A DNA stretch of 42,327 nucleotides from Thermodesulfobacteriota bacterium (lineage in GTDB: Bacteria; Desulfobacterota; Desulfobulbia; Desulfobulbales; SURF-16), in contig JBFMAY010000038.1 in NCBI GenBank assembly GCA_040755455.1, positions 1 to 42,327 on the forward strand. The letters are read 5' to 3'. Position numbers and translations under genes: made by a program. Below are positions 35,262 to 42,327 of the stretch, one piece after another. The notes beneath the pieces were generated by a model. That model worked only from the letters and a program-made list of their open reading frames with translations. It was not told the origin of the DNA and ran no database searches. The first letter of the stretch is position 1; every line of letters begins with the position of its first letter.

Positions 35262-36233
35262 CGTCTACTCCACGCGGTTTTCTTTATGAGTTGATGCAGG
35301 CTGTGTTTATGGGGTTGGGCTGTCGTTAAGTCTAGGATGATGCTACGATAATATTTTATATTACTAAAAAACTGGAATCAATCGGGAAGACAGAAAAAGA
35401 ACAACGGCACCCAATTTTACCGTCCATATCGTCCTTATCGTCCAACAAGTTGAATTTACAGAAATAATAGCTTGTCATTTTATGGCAGGAGCTGATGGCT
35501 GCCCAGGAATAGCCGATATCAGCAATTTGAAAAAAAGTAAAAAAATGCACTTTTTTTGTCCCATGGGCACCAAAAAAAGACAATATGTAGAGTAGAAATA
35601 AGACAGCTAGGATCTACCTGATCTAGCTTACCGGAATACTGGCAGTAAGCAAGTTCACCGGCTGACAAGCATATCCACTAGCAGCCTCCTCAGAAAACTC
35701 CACAGAGTTTAGCTGCGCGGAGGCTGAGCAGCAGCCTACGTGCCCAGGGTCCCAACCCTGGTTCTCTATTCTTAATGGAGGTCTGCCCGTTTCCGGGTCC
35801 GGAAAATTCTCTTTCCCCTCGCACAGGAAACTGTTAGCGCGCCGCCAGTTTGCCGGCCAGGCAGGATGGCTTTCGCAGTGATAAGCATGGCTGCGGCAGA
35901 TTAATGTTGGTGCGGGCCGTCCTACTCCCCCGCAGAAGAATTTCTGCTTCAGGCGTTGTCCCGTAATGATGACTTTCCTTTTGCGCTGATTCAGGAATAT
36001 GGTTAGTTCGCTGAATTTTTACCAATCTTTTACTTTCTCTGGCAAACCTTGCTTGAAGAGGGGCCTGAAAAAGATCAATCCCTTGACAAGGAAAAAGCTG
36101 GATAAAAACAGCCTGGGTGATATTATCTGGTTAAATCACTGGATATACTTTTTCAGACTCCAAATGGGCGACTATACGTCTTTAGGTTGTCTACTCTTTT
36201 CTTATTTTGTTAGGTTTGCAATCAGGAGCAAAC

Positions 36234-36566
36234 ATGAATCGTTGGGGCATCCCTGACTGGCTCGAAGAGGAAGTAATGGAGCGAGATAAGGCTTGCGTCT
36301 ATTGTGGCATCCAGATGGTCGATCGGATGCCTCCAGATGGCTCCCGGAAAGCTGTCGCGACGTGGGAACACATTATCAACGACGCGAGTTTTGTTACTCG
36401 TGAGAATATTGCCCGATGTTGCTTTGCCTGCAATTCAAGCAAAGGGACAAAGAAGCTCTCTGATTGGATGCGGTCGAGTTATTGCAAGCAGCGCGGAATC
36501 AACAAAGACACAGTCGCGGAGGTCGTGAAAAACGCGTTGAAGACAGCGTGGGACGCTGAGACGTAA
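36234..36566 (+). CDS. HNH endonuclease (cassette gene 1)
   Basis: RDKACVYCG, WEHIIND, NIARCCFACNSSKG; AGGAG RBS; preceded by GTTAGGT (36209-36215). Confidence 0.85.
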   Translation: MNRWGIPDWLEEEVMERDKACVYCGIQMVDRMPPDGSRKAVATWEHIINDASFVTRENIARCCFACNSSKGTKKLSDWMRSSYCKQRGINKDTVAEVVKNALKTAWDAET

Positions 36567-36649
36567 CAACAGGACCGATTCCCTCGTTTCGAAAAACCGC
36601 TTAGCGTCGCGGTGTGGAACGACGGCTGTACTGGCCTTATGTGTGAGAA
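36561..36649 (+). other. Degenerate attC-like site 1
   Basis: ACGTAAC overlaps the HNH stop; inner stems TCGTTTC/GGAACGA and ACCGC/GCGGT; ends in GTGAGAA (imperfect GTTRRRY). Confidence 0.45.
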
Positions 36650-36661
36650 CGAGACACGAAC

Positions 36662-37621
36662 ATGGAAGTCGCAATAGACAGGCTTTCACATATCACCACG
36701 TTGCTCGACGAAGTGCTTTTCCAGAGTTCTATTGATGACATGCGTCGCGCCTACTTTCACCACCTTAAAGACCTCGACTCTTGGATGATTCTGAGTGATT
36801 ACTACCTTGGAAACGAAAAAACGAACAAGGTGATCACCTTTACGGTCTTGCCGTATCTTGGAGCAGTGCCGCAGTTGCAAACCATCATCCGCGCCCTCGC
36901 TCCGAAGGATATCAAACATACACGGTCGATTGATGCACGCCTGATCGAATTTCTTCGCCAATTGCCGATACTCAACGTCTCTTTCATTTTTCAACAGGAT
37001 AAGTATTTCGCTTGGACCAACAGTAGCGAGTTCCAGCTCTACATGGCCGAGTTCTGCGAAATTCTGTCTGCATATGTTGCTTTTTGGCGTCAGGACACGA
37101 CGAATCATACTCGACTCGACAAATTGTCACGAAATATTCTCTTTGCCCAAGGACTACTGCGACAGAAGAAGAAAATCAGATTGCTCTGTGAAGCTTTTCT
37201 GATTTCTATGCTCGGCGGCTATGTTGCCAGCATAGTTTGTCGTGAAGCCGCTCTCACAAATCTATGCTGGCTATCGGATCGAGACAGAACAAACGAGCTC
37301 GGCGACAATCTCGTCAGGGACTTTTTTCAGGTCACACTTGTGGACATAGTGAAAAAGAATATTTCATTTTCCTTTACGACTGCGAATTCAGACTCAGATG
37401 AATGGTACACTGAATTAACGAGGATTCCAGACTTGATTACCGGTACAGTGGCTGGGTTTGATTTTGACAACTCAGGTAATCATATGATTAAGCCAGCCGC
37501 TTGGTCAGTCATCGGCGCATATTTAGCTAACAACAAAAGCGATTCCTTTATTTATCGTTTTCACGTCAGCAGCGAAGGCGTGAAGGTTCAGCGGATGATG
37601 ATCACCATGAAGACCACCTAA
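36662..37621 (+). CDS. Hypothetical protein (cassette gene 2), possibly an RNase H-fold/DUF3800-like nuclease
   Basis: 319-aa ORF with acidic motifs WMILSDY, WLSDRD and IPDLITG. The family guess is weak. Confidence 0.6.
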   Translation: MEVAIDRLSHITTLLDEVLFQSSIDDMRRAYFHHLKDLDSWMILSDYYLGNEKTNKVITFTVLPYLGAVPQLQTIIRALAPKDIKHTRSIDARLIEFLRQLPILNVSFIFQQDKYFAWTNSSEFQLYMAEFCEILSAYVAFWRQDTTNHTRLDKLSRNILFAQGLLRQKKKIRLLCEAFLISMLGGYVASIVCREAALTNLCWLSDRDRTNELGDNLVRDFFQVTLVDIVKKNISFSFTTANSDSDEWYTELTRIPDLITGTVAGFDFDNSGNHMIKPAAWSVIGAYLANNKSDSFIYRFHVSSEGVKVQRMMITMKTT

Positions 37622-37722
37622 CTCGTTCAACCGGACCGCACATCCGTGTGGTAGTCAACATAAGTCGCTGTAAAGTGATGCTCAGTACGACTTCGGCGCG
37701 ACCGGTTAACTTTTTGTTCAGC
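37616..37722 (+). other. attC recombination site 2
   Basis: R'' ACCTAAC overlaps the stop codon; L'' TTCAACCGG pairs with L' CCGGTTAA leaving one extrahelical base; R' GTTCAGC; 107 bp. Confidence 0.65.
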
Positions 37723-38026
37723 CCTGAAGAATGCTGCACATCGAACATCTGAAAATATGAAACTACCCTCAGATTTTATATCTACTGAGAAGGGCTCCAG
37801 GCTGAAGCAACTCTTAAAATACGTTTCAGCCGGAGAAGTTTGGAAGATTAATTGATATAACCCGACTCTGACATTACAGATTTTAATTCATTGAATTTGC
37901 GTTGCAATCTTCTGCGGTAAGCATCGTAGCTGACGTTATGTTCTTTTGCAGCTTCTTGACGGTGCCGCTCACCCAGCAATGCCGGTGAAGGGCGAGACTA
38001 GCTGGACTGGCTGATGGTCCGGGCGA

Positions 38027-40387
38027 CTACATCAACCTGTCTTGGTCATTGACACAGGAATTTTGAGAGATTGATGACGGATGTGACACATGTGACGCAA
38101 GGTCACATGTTTTCCCTATAGAACCTGTATCATGTAGAAAAACATGATTTGTTGCGTCACCATGCGTCACGGGGGCTAGATGCGTCACAGGCAACAAATT
38201 TAGGCCCTTCCAGTAACGGCCATCCCGGTTCCTGTTGTTCTTGTATCCCTTTTCCTTGAGCTTTAATCCGAAATTTCTCTGCTTCAGTGGTTCCTCCCCA
38301 ACTTCCTCGCACCAGGAAAGGTAAGCGGCATAGAGATTTTTCGAGGAAACGCTCTCCTTGGGCTGGATATCACAGCAATCACTTAAAAACTGCGCCATCA
38401 CGTCCATGTCGATCTTATACTGATCCGTGGCGGTTCTGACCTCAACCGGTATCCCCAGGCCGTTATCGCGCCAGTCAAGACAGCCCCTGACTGCCCAGGC
38501 GAGAATGCCGGAAAGTTCAGCCTCAAGTTTGGAAAGCAGCTTTTTATCCCTCTTGTGCTCAGGGATCGTGACATCAAAGGGTATCAGTTTTATCCTTCGC
38601 CAGATGGCTGGGTCGATGCCGGTGATCGTCGGCTTATGGTTAGTGGCCAGGAAAATCTTATGGGTCGGCTTGAAGTCAAACCACTCCTGATGCAGAAACC
38701 TTGCTGAAAGGGTATCCTGGCCGGTCATTTGCTTGATAAGCCCTTCGGCCAGCCGTTGATCAGTTTCCGCCTCAGAAGCAGTAACCAGACGGGCACCCTT
38801 CAGTCGCGCCACATCATTGGGAATGGCTCCCTTCCTTTTGACCAGCAGAGTTTCTGTGGGGGTCTGCATGGCATGCTCGCCCAGCATGGAACTGATAGCC
38901 TGAAGAAAGGTTGATTTCCCGTTGGCTCCCGAGCCATGAAAAATAAACAGGCATTGCTCGCTGGTATCCCCGGTAAGAGAGTAGCCGACAGCCCGTTGAA
39001 GGAAGGATATCAGGTTGTCATTACCGGCCAGAATTTTATCGAGAAAGCTTTTCCAGGTCGGGCAAGTGGCATTTGGATCATATTCTGCCGGCGCAATCTG
39101 GGTGATGAGATGCTTTCTGTCATGCTTGAGCAGTTTCCCTGTACGCAGGTCGATGGTGCCGTTGAGACAGGTCAAGAGCCAGTGATTCTGGTCCAGATCT
39201 TCCGGGTGAACGGCCAGGCTCTGATCGCATTTGGCCAGGTTAATCATTGACCTTATGCGTGATTCGGACTCCGACTTTTCCGCGTGCCTGGAGATGGCGG
39301 TTCTCTCGGCGGAATCACTGGCCTGGCTTGCTTCCTTGTATATGTTTCTTACCACTTCCTTGGCCTTACCGTTGATCTGCAGGGTTTTGTCCAGCTCCCA
39401 TATCTTGCCGTTCCATATCAGCCATGCGCCCCAGCGATGGCAGTAGCGGATATCTTCCCCGCAGTATGCCACTAGTCTTTCCGCATTCCCAAGATCGGTC
39501 AACTTAAAAATCCTCGGTGGTCTATTATCTGGCTCCCAAGTATCGCTCTGTATCGCCTTTTGGATGGTTGCCTGCCCATAGGTAATGCCGTCTCTGATCT
39601 GTTTGTCCCATTTCTGCCGATATAAGCCGGAAGCCCGAAACATAGCGTCAATTTTTGTTAAATCGTTTTTACAGGGTTGGCAGAGCATCCGACACAACGC
39701 CAGGTCAGCCTCACTTTGCGAGGGATATTCTTGGAAATCGCCTGCCCATAGCTTCCTGAATTTTTCGCCATTCGAGGCGCTGAAAGCTTTTTTCAGAATG
39801 CTGTCTATATCAAGCTCAGCGCCGGCAGGTGGCATCAATCCATCTGGAGGGGAAGGATCAATTATTTCATTATACAGCCCTATCAGCTCATCATTTCTCT
39901 GCATTATTTCTGATGCAGAACCTTGAAGCTGATTACCTGTGACCGTGAAAAATCTGCCCTGGTCATACATTTCCAGTTTCCCTTTTTTTCGACCGCTGCC
40001 AGGAAGTTTACCTTTGAGCAGGATGTGCAAACCTCGGCCTGATGGGGTGATTTCGGTATAGCTGTTAAATCGATTTAATATTTCCTCCGCCCATGGTTCG
40101 ATCTTTCCCGTGTTCGGGTCAAGACAGTCGTCCAGGTCGATTCCCGCGAACGGATCATCTTTGGTGAATACAAAGCCGATGCCTGAAAGTCCGTTGTTTC
40201 TGCAATAAAGAAGCGCTTCATCAAAGGAGCCCCATGTGGAGCTGTCGTTTGTTTTGGCTGCTTGCCCGGTTTTTGCGTCCTTTGGGATTTTGGTTATTTT
40301 CCCGTTATTTATTTTGGTTTCAGCCCAGCAGACCCATTGATCTCGATCAACAAGTGCCTGGGGAATGTTTTGTGTTGATATGTCCAT
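38027..40387 (-). CDS. P4-family primase/helicase with N-terminal NrS-1-type primase-polymerase
   Basis: QWVCW, GIGFVF...GIDLDDC, YTEITPSGRGLH, EMYDQGRFFTVTG (NrS-1-like AEP); SQSEAD helical bundle; TDLGNAERL (D5_N); SF3 Walker A GSGANGKST; IWRRI. Confidence 0.9.
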   Translation of the reverse strand: MDISTQNIPQALVDRDQWVCWAETKINNGKITKIPKDAKTGQAAKTNDSSTWGSFDEALLYCRNNGLSGIGFVFTKDDPFAGIDLDDCLDPNTGKIEPWAEEILNRFNSYTEITPSGRGLHILLKGKLPGSGRKKGKLEMYDQGRFFTVTGNQLQGSASEIMQRNDELIGLYNEIIDPSPPDGLMPPAGAELDIDSILKKAFSASNGEKFRKLWAGDFQEYPSQSEADLALCRMLCQPCKNDLTKIDAMFRASGLYRQKWDKQIRDGITYGQATIQKAIQSDTWEPDNRPPRIFKLTDLGNAERLVAYCGEDIRYCHRWGAWLIWNGKIWELDKTLQINGKAKEVVRNIYKEASQASDSAERTAISRHAEKSESESRIRSMINLAKCDQSLAVHPEDLDQNHWLLTCLNGTIDLRTGKLLKHDRKHLITQIAPAEYDPNATCPTWKSFLDKILAGNDNLISFLQRAVGYSLTGDTSEQCLFIFHGSGANGKSTFLQAISSMLGEHAMQTPTETLLVKRKGAIPNDVARLKGARLVTASEAETDQRLAEGLIKQMTGQDTLSARFLHQEWFDFKPTHKIFLATNHKPTITGIDPAIWRRIKLIPFDVTIPEHKRDKKLLSKLEAELSGILAWAVRGCLDWRDNGLGIPVEVRTATDQYKIDMDVMAQFLSDCCDIQPKESVSSKNLYAAYLSWCEEVGEEPLKQRNFGLKLKEKGYKNNRNRDGRYWKGLNLLPVTHLAPVTHGDATNHVFLHDTGSIGKTCDLASHVSHPSSISQNSCVNDQDRLM
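38074..38188. repeat. Iteron-like inverted repeat cluster (candidate replication origin)
   Basis: TGCGTCAC x3 (38153, 38163, 38181) opposed by GTGACGCA (38092), GTGACACA (38083) and ATGACGGA (38074), around an AT-rich core. Confidence 0.6.
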
Positions 40388-40451
40388 AGTCTTACCTCAT
40401 TGGTTTAGCCCGCCTGATTCTTGGATGATAGAAAAAGACGGGCGGTAGTGA

Positions 40452-40625
40452 TTAATTGTTTTCCGCTGGTTTGAGCCTGTCCCCAACAAGCCAAAGATTG
40501 TAGGTGAGGATATCGATCTCACATTTCTTGAATTGGTCGTGGTAGATGGCGCAATCCTCCTGGATACATAGCTTGTCCAGGAATGGACAGAATTTGACTT
40601 TGTTGTTTTCATTACGTTTTCTCAT
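40452..40625 (-). CDS. 57-aa four-Cys (Zn-finger-like) small protein
   Basis: AAGGAG RBS; MRKRNENNKVKFCPFLDKLCIQEDCAIYHDQFKKCEIDILTYNLWLVGDRLKPAENN. Not in the ORF track (under 60 aa). Confidence 0.6.
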   Translation of the reverse strand: MRKRNENNKVKFCPFLDKLCIQEDCAIYHDQFKKCEIDILTYNLWLVGDRLKPAENN

Positions 40626-40637
40626 CTTTATTTCTCC

Positions 40638-40892
40638 TTATAGGCTAAAATCATTTTTTGTTTTCTCAGCTGCGGTCTTAACCGTGTATCCCTGGTCGAG
40701 ATACGCTTTGATTCGGCTGATGATTTTCAGGTCATTGTCGTTGAAATAGCGATACGACCTTTCTCCGCAGACGATTCGCTCTGGAGCCGGAATGTATCCC
40801 TGCTCATGCCAGTGCCTGATTTGTTTGACGGTTACGCCCGTTGCTCTGGCTGCTTCCCCTATGGAAACTGGTTTTTTGTCGGAACTGTTCAT
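40638..40892 (-). CDS. Stand-alone MerR-family HTH DNA-binding protein
   Basis: VSIGEAARATGVTVKQIRHWHEQGYIP...YRYF; GGAGGA RBS. Confidence 0.85.
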   Translation of the reverse strand: MNSSDKKPVSIGEAARATGVTVKQIRHWHEQGYIPAPERIVCGERSYRYFNDNDLKIISRIKAYLDQGYTVKTAAEKTKNDFSL

Positions 40893-40935
40893 TGTGAATC
40901 CTCCTTTTGTTAAATTTTTCTTTTTTGTTCCTACT

Positions 40936-41027
40936 TATAGAGAGGTCAGTTAATTCCCAGCCCTAGCCTTGAATGGTCAGAGCAAAAACTGTCATTCTCT
41001 TTACATGTATAGGAGGTTAGTTAATTC
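40936..41027. promoter_or_regulatory. Pair of direct repeats (candidate operators)
   Basis: GAGGTYAGTTAATTC at 40942-40956 and 41013-41027, both preceded by TATAG. Confidence 0.45.
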
Positions 41028-41315
41028 GGGAGGAGCTGCGAGGTGCAGGAATGACCAAAAAGAATATTGTGATAAATGTTTGGGTGGGAAGCGCGGTGAT
41101 TATGGAACGAAAAAGGGGTATTGATAAGGTTGAACTTGCGTATTGGACCCTATCGAATTATTAGAGATAAAACTGGCTGAATTTTAATGAAGTTTAGGGG
41201 AATTGTTTTTGGAGAAAGGCCAGTTGGTTTGGAACTATGTTTACAGGATGCACAATAATAGCCTTAAAATTATTTGTTCGCAGTTGGTATTGCAATATAT
41301 CCTTAAAGGGCTGCC

Positions 41316-42299
41316 ATGAACGTATTCAAAACACATGCTCATATCGTTGATGATTATTCTCAGTATATCCGAAGTTTTATTAATATTGCTGACACCAAGA
41401 CCCGTGAGATTGTTGAAGATGAGCTAAGTAAAGGGAAACTCTGGCCTGAGCCTCTCCTGCAGTTTAATCCATCATTTAAGATGGCCGGTGAGATAAGAGA
41501 TTTAACCAATGCCGGCGTTTTACACTCCGATACCGCAGATATTTTCAAAGGATATTCTCTTTACAAGCATCAGGTGGATGCAATCAAACTTGGAACTATT
41601 CCTAACGATTTTATTGTCACTTCGGGAACAGGATCAGGTAAATCGCTGACCTATATCGGGACTATATTTCACCACTTGCTGTCCAATAAAGGGTCCTCTG
41701 GTGTGACTGCTATTGTTGTCTATCCAATGAACGCCCTTATCAATTCCCAATCAGAAGAGTTCGACCGGTATAAAAAGAATTACGAGAGCGCGAGTGGAAA
41801 AGATTTTCCGATTACCTTCGGCCAGTACACTGGACAGGAGAAGGAAGAAAAGCGTCAGGAGATGCGGGAAAAGCCTCCCCAAATACTCCTGACTAATTAC
41901 ATGATGCTTGAGTTGTTGCTGACTCGTCTCCGTGAAAGACCTATACGAGACGCAATTTACGAAAACCTGCACTTTCTGGTATTCGACGAACTTCACACCT
42001 ATCGCGGCAGGCAAGGTGCCGATGTAGCGATGTTAATTCGTAGAATACAAACTCGATGTCAAAACGAGATCACCTGCATAGGCACATCTGCAACAATGGT
42101 ATCTGTCGGTAGTGCCGAGTCTCAACGCAAACAGGTCGCTGAGGTTGCAACCACACTTTTTGGTCGGCCTTTTAAGCCTGAGCAGGTGATAAATGAAACA
42201 CTAGCCTGGATTTCCACGGAACAAAAACGTGTAACGCGTAAAACTCCACACAATAAGCCTGGAGGGCAAGTCGAGCGTTCTCTAGCGTCTTTATGTTAA
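41316..42299 (+). pseudogene. Truncated DEAD/DEAH-box helicase (MrfA/DrmB/DruE-like family), N-terminal RecA1 domain only
   Basis: SGTGSGKS, YPMNALINSQ, LLTNYMMLE, DELHTYRG and TSATM motifs. The sequence loses family character after VINETLA and stops at 42299 with no helicase C domain. Confidence 0.7.
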
Positions 42300-42327
42300 C
42301 TATTTCTGTCACCGATACACTCAGTTT

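Larger units (their letters stand above)
27642..42327. mobile_element. Integrative genomic island / phage-satellite-like element at the tRNA-Lys 3' end (right end not in window)
   Basis: Tyrosine integrase converging on the tRNA, Xis-like HTH, MTase, primase-helicase and low-GC cargo. No capsid or conjugation genes seen; no tRNA 3' duplicate found. Confidence 0.8.

Noticed and set aside
35834..36025. Divergent ORF upstream of the cassettes as an intI remnant
   Set aside because: The position fits, but I see no tyrosine-recombinase or IntI motifs; a tBLASTn search would be needed.
40397..40612. 71-aa ORF from the track upstream of the primase
   Set aside because: The overlapping frame 40452..40625 has a proper AAGGAG RBS and a four-Cys motif, so it is the better gene call.
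27620..42327. attR direct repeat of the tRNA-Lys 3' end
   Set aside because: No second copy was found by eye in the window, so the island's right boundary cannot be set.

Overview
A 42.3 kb bacterial window, probably Desulfobacterota/Desulfobulbaceae-like (inferred from gene content only). It has three parts. (1) 1-15.7 kb: housekeeping genes (partial HD-domain gene, pstSCAB-type ABC transporter plus HAD hydrolase, plsC, DUF748-like, prmA-like) interrupted by a complete diversity-generating retroelement (DGR) on the minus strand, in the order target-avd-RT-TR. The 122-nt TR (5115-5236) and VR (6789-6910) differ at 13 positions, all TR adenines. The target is an 888-aa TIR + STAND NTPase + transmembrane helix + FGE-sulfatase/C-type-lectin protein, a candidate hypervariable immune-type receptor. 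(2) 15.7-27.6 kb: a redox/regulatory cluster with two nrfD-merR modules, a Tat-exported NrfC-like Fe-S protein, a triheme cytochrome c, a four-PAS sigma54 activator, two sigma54 promoters (one apparently driving an ORF-less ~170-nt sRNA), ftsH and tRNA-Lys(CTT). (3) 27.6 kb to the end: a genomic island at the tRNA 3' end with a tyrosine integrase, an Xis-like HTH, a DNA methyltransferase, two replication-type ATPases, an iteron origin, a structured leader, integron-like attC cassettes without intI, and a truncated defence-type helicase. All calls were made by eye from motifs; no database searches were run.
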